Below, one piece after another: positions 47,645 to 58,692 of a DNA stretch of 64,000 nt (position 1 is its first letter; each line of letters begins with the position of its first letter). Position numbers and translations under genes: made by a program. The stretch is from Macrostomum lignano (taxonomy: Eukaryota): contig NIVC01002129.1 of the NCBI GenBank assembly GCA_002269645.1, positions 124,001-188,000 of the forward strand, in the 5' to 3' direction. Below the pieces are notes generated by a model. That model was not told where the DNA came from and did not search any database. It saw only the letters and a list, made by a program, of their open reading frames with translations.

Positions 47645-49447
47645 CTACTTGACAGTCTTGCTATGACGCCTAAGTGGATCGTTGGCGCGCATCAAACAGT
47701 AGGCAACAGCATCATCAACCTCCTTGTCGGTGACGTTTGAGCGGCCTAGGCGGAAGGCGCATATGACCACTTTGTAGAGCAGGCACTGCTTGAAAGAGCG
47801 CTTCGAACCCGTACCTGTGAAATTGAATGTTTCCATCACGTCGGGAGCAAGAACGTGCCTGAGCATCCGGCGGGCTGTCTCCCTGACATCTTTGCCACCG
47901 ATGTGAGCCAACTGCCGTGCCTAGAAAAAAATGTCAGTAAAGAAAAATCAACCATCATCAGAATAACCTAAGAATATAAAATAAATTTTGAAAACATCTT
48001 TAACTAGGTACTACCAAACGCATTTTCTTACCAGGAGTTTTCGGAGACCTTTGTCGCCAAGAAGCTCGAGAAGGTTATCCAGACCTTCTTGACTGCTTAC
48101 GGGAAGGCTCATTGGCAGCTCTGGGACCTCCCTCTGGCTGCTAAGCAGAAGAGAGATTGCTCGGGTATTGCTATCAGCAATCTCACGCAGTGCAGCCAAT
48201 TCTCGCAGAACTCGAATCTCGAACCCTAAAAGTTTTGTCAACCCAATAATTTAACAGGTAAAAACAGACAGACACTGTATGGACAGCAAATAATTCACGT
48301 GCAATAAAACTCCATAAAAATTACAGGACTGTACATGTATATACAATGTATTAAAACAACGGTGCAATTCATCATGAGGGTAAGGAACAGTGACTTACGA
48401 GAAAGGCCTTCACTGGACTCATGTCTGCCCTGGCCGGAATGCGCAGCGCCCAACGAAGGCGAGCGCACGGAGTCCAAGCGGCCCTCGCGCGAATGCGCAG
48501 CGCCCAACGAAGGCGAGCGCACGGAGTCCGGGCGGCCCTCGCGCGAATGCGCAGCGCCCAACGAAGGCGAGCGCACGGAGTCCGGGCGGCCCTCGCGCGA
48601 ATGCGCAGCGCCCAACGAAGGCGAGCGCACGGAGTCCGGGCGGCCCTTGCGCGAATGCGCAGCGCCCAACGAAGGCGAGCGCACGGAGTCCTGTCGATCA
48701 GGATTGTCATCAAAACTGCTTGGAGTGCTTGACTCATCCTCCGTATTAATCGGAGAGCGTCGGGGAGAAATCTCATAGCCAGGACATTGTTGGCCTCCTG
48801 GAAATACTGGAAGAGCTTCCCTAGATGATTCCGAATCAAATCGCGGGCGTTTTCGCTTTCCCTGCGCAGGATTTACTGGGGAGTCCGAATCCGATGAGCC
48901 ATCACTTGAGTCACGTTGGCAACGTCGACGTGCAATCTGAGCTTCGCAGTCGATGAAGCGTGCTGGAGAGGCTCGACGACGAGGTGCCTCCGGATCTGTT
49001 GTGAGATCGTCTTGGCCAGCTTCGGCTCTTTTGCACCTCCGCCGCGCCGTTATTTCGGAGTCTGCAAATATGTGCACAAAGATTGTAAATTCATTAAGCT
49101 AACAATGGTGCAAGCCTCAAAGGCATTCACTTGAGGACGGGATCAGTCTGCTTCTTAAAAATGTACATACTGTTGCGAAAATCCTATTATGTCGCATTGA
49201 TTTCCATTTTCATTTTGAGAGTTCGTCTTTTCACATCAAGGGTACATCAAACATGCAACATACCACACTTAGAAAGAACCGTCACATTGTGGGTCTCCCA
49301 GCCGTCCTGCGGTTTGACCTGCGATCTTCTTAGAGTAGCAACTTGTGCTTTGCTTCCTTTTGGCCACCGGCATTCCATCAATCCACACATCCATGCTTCA
49401 GGGACATAGTCAACAAAATTTTCGTCAAATGCCACGATGTAGAACAT
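47645..49447 (-). CDS. Four-exon DUF4806-like EnSpm accessory gene
   Basis: Exon 1 MFYIVAFDENFVDYVPEAWMCGLMECRWPKG...GWETHNVTVLSKCG|gtatg. Exon 2 DSEITARRRCKRAEAG..., Ser-rich with a 54-bp repeat. Exon 3 GFEIRVLRELAALREIADSN...GLRKLL|gtaag. Exon 4 ARQLAHIGGKDVRETARRML...FNFTGTGSKRSF...TVK*. Junction phases not all verified. Confidence 0.72.
48428..48690 (-). repeat. 54-bp in-frame tandem repeat (DSVRSPSLGAAHSREGRP, ~4.5 copies)
   Basis: Unit gaatgcgcagcgcccaacgaaggcgagcgcacggagtccgggcggccctcgcgc on the + strand. Confidence 0.92.
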
Positions 49448-50232
49448 CTGAAGATACCAGTGAAATATTGTGATAGTCAAGTAACAACAACAGCTGCAGA
49501 TAATTCTAACTCCATCATTGCCTTACTATTTTTCTACTCATTAAATTGTCATTAAAATAACTGACTCAGTAGATCAATTGAACAAAAACTCTTCAAAGCA
49601 AAACTGACCTTTATGGCTTTATAATACGTAATTAATTACTTGTCATGTATTACAATGGTGAACATAATACTATAGTAAATTATGGCAAATTTACAACATA
49701 CAAAAGTACAATGGTTGTCTTATTTATATCCTAAATAAATTCAGTTATACACTCAGCACCAATAAATAACAGATACCTCAATACGAGTAGCTTAACCAGG
49801 TTGAATACAAGGGGCTGCTCACTAAAGTTATATTTTGAGAGGTTGGAAAATGATTGACTATGGGATTGGTGGGGTCCCCTGATCTTCCTTTCTATCTCAT
49901 TTACTTCTTCAGTTGTATAAAGTCTGCACTCTGTAACCTGAGGATTAGGGGTTGCCAATTCATGAATGGAATTGTAGAAATTGTCACTACCTAGTAGGCC
50001 ATCCATTTTATTAGTGCTGTTAGCAAAAAGTGGTACAACAAGTCATTAAATTTCCTTGTAAACTGGCAATAGGTATACAAATTGTAAAAAAGCTATATTG
50101 GCTACAACCTAAATTGCAACAAAGAATACAAACAAACTTTGGTTAGATTGTGTGAACAATTCCAACTGACACAATACATCAAGAAGATGCACCAGCCAAT
50201 GTACTGGCAAAACAAACCTGTGTACGAACTGT

Positions 50233-52175
50233 CTAGTGTGAATTGAACCTTGGATCCAAGGGGACAAACATGGGAAAAGCATACAGATTCTGCTTGTAAG
50301 GCAAAACACAAGCTTTTCTGAAAACTTCAGTGAGGGGCAAATGCAACAAGTCAGGTGAGAGTGAAGATATGCTGAATATGTTCAGCTTCTTTGAATCAAC
50401 AGGATAGTTGTATACACTAGAATAGCCTTCATAACGCTGGCAAACAACTTCACATGACCCCTCAGAAGAAATAAAATGGCAAACACGGTAGCAATAGTTG
50501 TTCCGATCATAGAAATGGCAGTCATTGTCAGAATTAGAAAGTCTGACATTGTTAACAAAGCAACAATAAAATGCCTTCTGACCAATGCGTAGATTGATAT
50601 TAGAACATGGAAACTTAAAAGCAACATTAACATCAGCATGATTGGATGACTTTTTCTTACTAAATGTAATAGATTCATATATACGATTTGCACATTGAAC
50701 AAGAGGACGGCAACTGCCTCGTACCCAACTTTTTATCTGCTGCATATAATTCTCAAAAGGAAATGCACTGAAATTATCCAGACAACCAAAACGTAGACAT
50801 TCATGTGCCAAATGTGACAAGGAATGAATGCTATAAACAAGCATTTGGGAGCCATATACCTTTTTACAGCTACGAATAAAGTGAAACAGAAGCTGGTTGG
50901 CATATTGAATAAGATCAGAACTAGAAAGTGGGTCACACAAAATAAAGATAGCAGAATGAAGGAGTATAAAATTATGCGAAATCTTCTTGCTTAAGCCACG
51001 AGCATGAATTAAAGCAACTACTCCACTATACAACAGAAATGAACGATATTCAGTAGCCTTCCAAAAATTCAAACAACTGAGAGAGCGTGGCTTCCTTGAA
51101 AACTCACTAGGAAAAAATCCACGAAGAATAATCAAGATATTTGATACAGAGCTTGATAGCTGGGAACCAAATCGGGTATGCAAAGGTCCCCGGATCCAAA
51201 ACAACAAAAGGCGCCGCATAACACCAAGCAGAACCAAGTGCATATAATCATATGGAAATGAATATACCATGTCAATTGGTAGTGCTTCAAATGGACTGTC
51301 TCCACCAACATGATGATCAGGGTCACTTCTTCCACGAAATGATTCATCAGTTCTTGGTTGACAATTTAGCTCATCAAAGATCACTTGTTGTTGATACTCG
51401 CCTTGAATTGTACATTTATCGCAAGCTGAATATCCATTGTGTCCCTTGATACACTTCACAAATGCTCGAGCTGGACGGTCAGCAATTATCTTCTGAACAA
51501 CAACATAATCACTTAGGTCTTGAAGCTCAGCCACAAGGTCATGGAGAAATGGTCCAACATCAGGCTTGTCGGCTCCAAAGTACAAAGCAATTACAAATGG
51601 CTTCATTCCAGGAAAAGTTCCTAGAATTGTCCAAAACCCTTCTTTCTTACTTTTAAACAATGGCAAACCATCAATATGGATAGTAAGCTTCAACTTCACA
51701 TTTGAAAATCCATCTCTTCAACTTTAGGCAAATGACTATGAATGCCAAAGTAAGCATATTCTCCAGAACCAAGTTGGACTGTCTCAATTTGCCTTGGAGT
51801 CTGCAACAATGTTCGAGCCGATAGCGGTAGCCAAGGCATTGAAAAATGTAGCAAATGAATAAGACTATCTATAGCAGTAGATGACACATTAAACTTCAAA
51901 GCCCATTCTGCAAGTTGTTCTTCAGAAAGCTTAGTATCAGTCTCAGAATGAGATTCATTATCAGATTCAAGTACAAATTCTTCTGCATCTTCCAAAAGGT
52001 CATAAAATAGCTGCTGGTCATTATCAGCATCAGGATTATTTGCTTCAAAGGCCACTTCTTCCACAGACTCATCAGATTCAGACTCACTAGTAGACACATG
52101 CATATCTTCCAACAATGCATCAAATCTTCTTTTTGCAACTCGACGAGCAGCTCGTTTGGAACTAGCAGGATTCAT
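50233..52175 (-). pseudogene. EnSpm/CACTA-type transposase, split into two ORFs by one frameshift near 51700
   Basis: ORF 52175-51696 (..LAEWALKFNVSSTAIDSLIHLL..LPLSARTLLQTP..GEYAYFGI) followed by ORF 51699-50233 (IDGLPLFKS..FWTILG..ADRPARAFVKCIKGHNGYSACDKC..DYMHLVLLGV..RKPRSL..WKATEYRSFLLY..LDNFSAFPFENYM). These are recalled motifs of animal EnSpm-like transposases. The second frame has a TGA only a few codons upstream of the overlap. Confidence 0.85.
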
Positions 52176-54289
52176 GTTTGCAGTTCTGGAAAAATGGATA
52201 AGCCAATTAATATTCTTTTTATAGAAAATATGAAAATAAAAATGTAGTAGTATTACACTTAATTTTTCTTATTATATATATTGTCTTTTTAGTTCCATAA
52301 ACTAAATACAAGTATGAAAAAACTATACAACTTTATATATTATTATATTATTAATAAGTATTATAAATTTATAAAAACATATAAAGAAATTTCATTTTAA
52401 ATATTTAACAGGGCCTAAGCTTAGTCAAAAAATAAAAATATACCATATATATAAATTGATTAGATACCCAATTGCAAATTAAAGCCAAGTTAGAAAACTG
52501 TTTAAATTGAATTACTATTCTTATTTTTTATAATATATAAATATTATAACTGATAATAATGTAACAAAGAGGAAAAACAAATTGTAGACAAATTGTACAA
52601 ATATAGATGCCTATGGCATGTGGCATACTTTGGAGAAAAACTTGGTGGCATGGTACATGGGCTCCTTATGACTAAATAGATAATAAGGCTTTTCAATGCA
52701 TAAGTAGAGTCATATTTATTCCTACTTTTTACCTAGACAAATGCAAAGAAAACAAAGTCAAAAATGTATATAGTGTCTGGTGTGGCATGGCATTTGTTCT
52801 AAAAAATGGTGGTAAGCATCCATAGGCCTTTTGAGTTTATTCCAATACGGTTTATCCTATTAGTATGCATATTAATATAGTATTAATATAATAGCATAAA
52901 TTTGATTTTTTAAGACAAAAATTTATTTAAGCTTTTACCATAGATTTCATGAGTTGATACTTAGCCTTTGGACTGAATGTATAAAATTTTGCTATCCTTG
53001 GCATATTTTAAGTGGAAAAGATGGGCCTAGCTACATATTTGATTAGCTAGGCTTATCAATAGGCCTAGCAATCCTTGGCATACTTGAAGTGGAAAGGTAG
53101 CCACCACATAATACTAATACTAGGCCTAATAGCTAGGCCTATCATACATCAGTAGGGTTAGCCTAGCCCTAGGCCTAGTCTAATTTTGTAGAGCTATTAG
53201 GAGATTTATTAAAAAGTGAAAACTGGAACAAAACAAAATGTGATTTTGTTTATTTTAAAGTACAAATAGTCAATAAGTATGGAATATTCATTGCCAAACC
53301 GTTTTTGACTCTGAGTGCGATAGAGTAGGCCTAATTATATTGCTGACTGCAGACTAGGCCTACCACTACTGTGGACTGTATGCATAATGGCTTTTAATGC
53401 ATTGATAGAAAAAGGTGTTCCATTAATTAAAGTTCATAGCAATTGGAATATGCAGTGAAAAACTATAGGATATGGCAGATTGACTTGCACTTTCACACAA
53501 ACGCTCTTTGACAATCATAGAAATTGGAGACAGAAAGGAAGCACATGCTTTTGCGAATCTCACAAAACAGAATAACTTGCGCGCGAATCACTTTTGAATT
53601 AGCAAAGAGAGTGAAATAATTAAAACAATGTATTTTTATGATTTTCAAATATTTGCTTTTCAGGTCATTTGGACAGTCAAAAAATATATTAATGTATTAC
53701 TCTGCTGTTTCTATGCAAACTAAGAATCAAATTTTCCATAATACATGTGCACGTTACAAAACTAATCGCCAATTTAAAAAATGGCGATAATGAGGCGATG
53801 TCTGACATTTCGCAAAAATAATCCTTGTCGTAGATATACGGGTTGATGCAAAACAAATTTTGTTGCAATCTTTGTTCCTACAGGAACTATTCGGTAGGAA
53901 TTATATGACAGACAATTTTCGCCACTTTATATCGCTGCTATATCGAGAAGATATTGCCGGGCGAGCTATCGCCACTTATCGAGTGGCGACATGAGTGCGA
54001 TCATTTGGCGATATTCATGGTTACGTGGGTTATGTAGACCATGGCTACAGCTCTAGAGTCGCCAATTAAAATCAAGCTGTTCCTGATATTGGCTTCAATA
54101 TACAGTACGATGTAGATTTACATGTACTTGCGTTCATGCACACGTGCATATTACGAGCATATCGTATACAGTGTAGTCCTTTGGAGCCAAGGTGTATCTA
54201 TACATGTATGTACTTCCATTCATGTCTCCAATGAAAGTCGAGACGCTGATTTACATGTTAATTTCCAGCTCGTAGCTACCATACATGTA

Positions 54290-54830
54290 CATGTATATTA
54301 GGACGCAGAGCTCGAGGGCAGACCCCTTGCTGCGCGCACGTGCTCGCAGAACAGGCAGGTGGGGCAGCCAGCAGCACCCCAGCAGCAAGTTGGTTGGGAA
54401 CGCCGGGACAGTTGAAGAGCTAGGTGTTCAACCGTCTCGGCCGTGTTGCACCTATACAGGTATAGGGGCGATATTGAGGTCCAGCTTGGCCTTGTAGGTT
54501 GAAGCCTACAGTGCCCCGACCAAAGCGGGGAGTCGTTCTCTAAACCCTGTTTAGCATGCGCTCCCGCGGTTTAGTCGATTGGGGAAGCCGACTGGTTGAT
54601 GACGGGCCGTTGATGGTGCGATTGCTGAGGTAGGTCTGGACGCAAAGAGAGTGAATGACCTAGATAAGGTTGGATGGCGAAGGAATCTCGGCTGAGATGA
54701 CGTTGATGGCGGACTTGGTTGGTGAGAAAGCTGGTGGCGAGGGTGCGGACAGAGTGTGGCGGAGCTGCATGGCGCGGGGCAGACGTACGGTTTGGAGGTG
54801 ATGGAGTAATTACGCACTACGCTGGCATCT
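54290..54830 (-). pseudogene. Non-LTR retrotransposon C-terminal remnant (CCHC/zf-RVT-like)
   Basis: Frameshifted fragments MLNRV..GTVGFN..KLDL..RCNTAETVEHL / LFNCP resemble R...G...N.HL.K....C.C...ET..H.L..CP. Confidence 0.5.
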
Positions 54831-57190
54831 AGAGTGGTCGCCAGTGTACAATTAACCCCCGCAAGTAGAATGAGTTAATGCCTGCATACATCCCGCTGTT
54901 CAGATGCCGGAGCTATGTGAATTGTCAAGTACATGTAGCTTGTTGCCGAGCCGTATGGTATCAGAAGAGTCTTGCAAAAACAACTTAGGACCTAAAATTT
55001 CTTCTAGGTGGTCCGGAGATTGCTGTGCGGATGCAAGTCATGACAACTCGCTTGCAGACCGTTATCTGTACTTCTACATGTACATACAAAAAGCAATTCT
55101 TTTGAAACCTTTTAAGATCGCTTCTGCACTTTCATTCGAGAATCCTCTAGCTCCTAACCCCCCGGGTATGTTCCAGTATGGCACCATATGCGCCTATATG
55201 TATACGTTACAGTACTAACAACACTAAACATCAACTTTTCATGTTTGCATAGCCCTGGGCGTGACGAAGCTATTGCAGTAGGGCTCCTTCCTCGATCCTT
55301 TCTTTCTTACCACTGCTCATAGCTACTATGAGCTGCATAGAATGCAGTCATATTTGCGAAGGACTGCACCTAAAACTTGCTGCGTAATTTGCATTTTGTT
55401 CTGTGTGTTTAACGTTCCCACGCGCCTGTTCGGCTGTGTTTTAAATAAAAGGAGAGACAGTGAAGGCGCTCGCTTCACTTTTCTCTCGCCCGCATTCGCG
55501 GGCCTAAAGGCATGGCCATTGCCTCGGCTGGGCTGTAGGCCGCAGCAGCCTGGGCCCAGAAAAACCGTGCTTCGAGTTCACTTATTTGTTATCCGACTTG
55601 AGCAGAAGGTACAGGCAGGACTCAAAATCCTACCTGTTACAGCTACCTGTTGTAAAAAGCTACCTGTTGCTACCTGTAAAATAGCTACCTGTTGTGGTTG
55701 TTGTAAATGTAAATGGAGCCTTCAATTTCTGCCCTTTATGCCGAGAAATTCCGAGAAATGCCCCTGCATGGCAGCAATGAGTGCCCTGAAGACACTGAAA
55801 TTGACTCGTACATCCGAAATCACACCGTTACCGCGGGGATCAAGGTTGTCCAGCGGTGGGCTCTATTCTACACATTCATGGTTTTTTTTTCATTCAATAT
55901 CAATACTTAAGATCGAATTTCTAATTTGTACGATTTTGCCTGAGGAAAATTCTCCCCTCTACCCAACATTTCTCCCTACCTACTAGTCTTCACGACTTTT
56001 CCCCTTCCTGTCCAAAGTCTTCAATACTTTTCCAACGAGAGGAGACTACACGTCTGATTCGTCCACTTTGGTGCTTCACGCACTGAATCCCAAATCGGGG
56101 TTTTACGCCTTTATTTTGCCTAACGCTTATTAAAATAATTAACACAATAAAAAGCTTCGTCTTCTAAAATTTACATGTACGCCCAAAATTTAAAGATCTT
56201 GAAAGAATAAGAGAAAAAAGTTTGACCGTGTAATTGGCACACAATTGGTGTGAGCAAGAGAGCAACGAGAATTAAATTTAACAAAAATTGCCCAAAATAA
56301 TTAGTAAAATTCGCTAAATCCCACGACCTACCCGCTTCTCTCCACCTCTCTGGTAAAATTCTGCTCTAGAAGCCCAGCTACGAAGCAAAACTACTCGTAA
56401 TACGAAAAAATCTGACAATCGGTTGTCGCATTTCTCCTGGTCTCATTTTGCCGGACTGCAGGACAATCGAAACCTTCCGCATTTCATTTCAAGAATAAAA
56501 AAACAAAATCTACCTCTTTAAGATGTTGCAGAGACAAAAAAGTTACATACACGAGGGCATCTCGAGGGCAAAATAGGGGGAAAATGCTTTCGGCATCACC
56601 AGGTGTTAAATATAATTATTGGGAATACGAGCTTAATAGATGTTATCGATGTTCGGCTGACGGCGAAACCTAAATTTCTGCGCGAGCGTTACGGCGCTAT
56701 GAATATGTTCTTGTTTTTTAGTTCTATTTCTATAAAATTTTACCTCCATTTCATCCTTCCCTCATCCATGCCGCAGTTTCAATCACATTCCAATAATAAG
56801 TCATTATCATTCATCCAAACGAAATGCTGAAATCGTGCATCCGCTGGCCCGTGGCCGCCCCGGTGGATTTGGCTCGCGCGAAATATTGCCTTACCACCTA
56901 ATTTGTGGTCACCTTGTGTGCCACTCTCTGAGGTACCTCTTTAATATAAAGTTTCTGTGGCCGAAAAATTCAACAAATATTTTATTGACTGGCGCTGAAA
57001 ATTTGACTTCAAAAGTCAACTGGCCACTGTCCCACTAAATTAATGACATGCATGTCCAAATTATAAATAATTCAATAATTCAATAATAAACCTAGGTGCT
57101 GTGTCAGCTTTTGCTGAATTATGCGCCAGACATAATAATTGGGCAGCTATCAAGACTATCCTGGCAAGGTCCCTCTAAATAACCTTTTAG

Positions 57191-57201
57191 CGTGGTCGCC
57201 A
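57191..57201 (-). promoter_or_regulatory. Putative primer-binding site TGGCGACCACG
   Basis: Immediately after the putative LTR end; complementary to a tRNA 3' end ...CGUGGUCGCCA (recalled as tRNA-Arg-like, not verified). Confidence 0.55.
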
Positions 57202-58094
57202 AATATAAGTTTCCTAGTTGGCCGCAAACTAAGAACCTTACATATGATTAATAGTAACTCAAACGAGGTAGAATATGCTTGGATGTTATTTACCGATCAA
57301 CCATATATTTATATTTACTACTGCATTTTCAACGTTTGTATTAATAAGTAAATAAGCAAATAAGCGAGCTACAAGCAGGGAGAATAAGTCTGAGACACTA
57401 CGATATAACTAAGCTACTCAAATACTCCTATTAATCTATTATATATATATATATATAAATTACGCCTATCTACCTGGTCTGAGACCGATACGCTACTATT
57501 CATAAATCTATAGTCATGGCAGTGCTCAGTCTTACCCTCCGGTCACAGGTGTCTGCAGAAGCGGTCGTCGTGATTTGCAAACTATTAAGCAATCCAAAAG
57601 TTAATACAAGGCGTGTAAAAGAGAGTGAAAAGAGAGTGAGAAAAAGGTAAAGTTTTTCAGCATTTAACCCCTCGCTTATATATAGTAAATTTCCCCGATG
57701 AAGTCCCTGTGAAACTGTCTGCGTTATCATTTCCCACGTCTTCCAGCCACCGCGCAATTCCGGCCGATTCTCACGGTTCCCCTTTCTCGTGCGAATTCTG
57801 AAATGTCTCTGTTAAAAATGTAATTGAACCCCGCCCCACATAAAGCAAAAAACCCCTCTAAAGTGGAAGCAGACTTTTAGGGCGGCCTGCACTCGCCCTT
57901 TGCAATGCCGTCATCAAGCACTTGTGGCTTTTTGTAAGAGTGCAGCTGTCCACAACTGCTACACTCCACCACGCTCTGATAACAATGCAATTCTCTAATT
58001 ATTGCCTAATTTAGTCCCTAATACTACTTCCTAAAATAGTCCCTAAATAGTCCCTAAGGCCTACATGCATATGAAATTGAATCCTTATATTACT
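57202..58094 (-). mobile_element. Putative LTR (~890 bp) of the Gypsy element, preceded by a polypurine tract
   Basis: On the minus strand GAAAAAGGGGA (58105-58095) precedes AGTAATATAAG. The far end reads CTTATATT followed by TGGCGACC. There is an 8-bp terminal inverted repeat aatataag (57202-57209) / cttatatt (58084-58091). No second LTR copy in the window. Confidence 0.58.
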
Positions 58095-58313
58095 TCCCCT
58101 TTTTCAAAATGTGGTCCCCACATTTGCATTTAGTAAAATATGGAGATGAAGAAATCATTGAGACTAGTATGAAAGCAAATAGCTGTAAGTATGAGCGAAT
58201 GATTTTAATCTCGTAAAGCTTTTATCATTCTGGATATAGCGATGTAGCTCGTTCAATCTCACCTCAAAACCATCTGCGATCTTCGATTTATGTTGTCCGA
58301 CTCAACTTGAGCT

Positions 58314-58577
58314 TCAGTTGTCCTCTGAGCTGTCCTCTTCGGTAGTATTCGCATTACCCTCGTTTCTTAGGAGAGAAAGTAGTTTGGTGCAGCAGATAAC
58401 TATCAGCTCCCAAATAATGCGTCCCTCGCGATATTCGTCATCGTACATATCGTCAGCGAGATTGCGGAGCTCCGTCTTGTATACATCAATCGGCCGTGTC
58501 GGTGGCGGCTCTCTGAATTCTACTTCAGAAACTCCCGGTTCGTATAGTCTACGTGCTTCCGTTCGGATATCTTCCAA
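58314..58577 (-). CDS. Short acidic ORF between integrase and PPT, unknown function
   Basis: 87 codons (EDIRTEARRLYEPGVSEVEFREPPPTRPIDVYKTELRNLADDMYDDEYREGRIIWELIVICCTKLLSLL...); the ORF track start is TTG; no recognisable domain. Confidence 0.3.
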   Translation of the reverse strand: MEDIRTEARRLYEPGVSEVEFREPPPTRPIDVYKTELRNLADDMYDDEYREGRIIWELIVICCTKLLSLLRNEGNANTTEEDSSEDN

Positions 58578-58692
58578 GATGGGTAATACTCTTTCCTTAT
58601 AACCCGGCAGTAGGGGGGAGAATCATTGAAAGAAGTGGATCCTATGGTAGATCCATGCTCGGCGCTCAAAGTCGTTCAGGATATTCATGGTT

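Larger units (their letters stand above)
43667..54029 (-). mobile_element. Complete CCC-terminus EnSpm/CACTA-type transposon (10,363 bp including a Helitron insert)
   Basis: Left CCCACATAACCA, right end CCCACGTAACCA (reverse complement), both followed by atcgcc/tcgcc subterminal repeats; 2-bp TSD TT (43665-43666, 54030-54031); encodes a transposase and a DUF4806-like gene. Confidence 0.88.
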
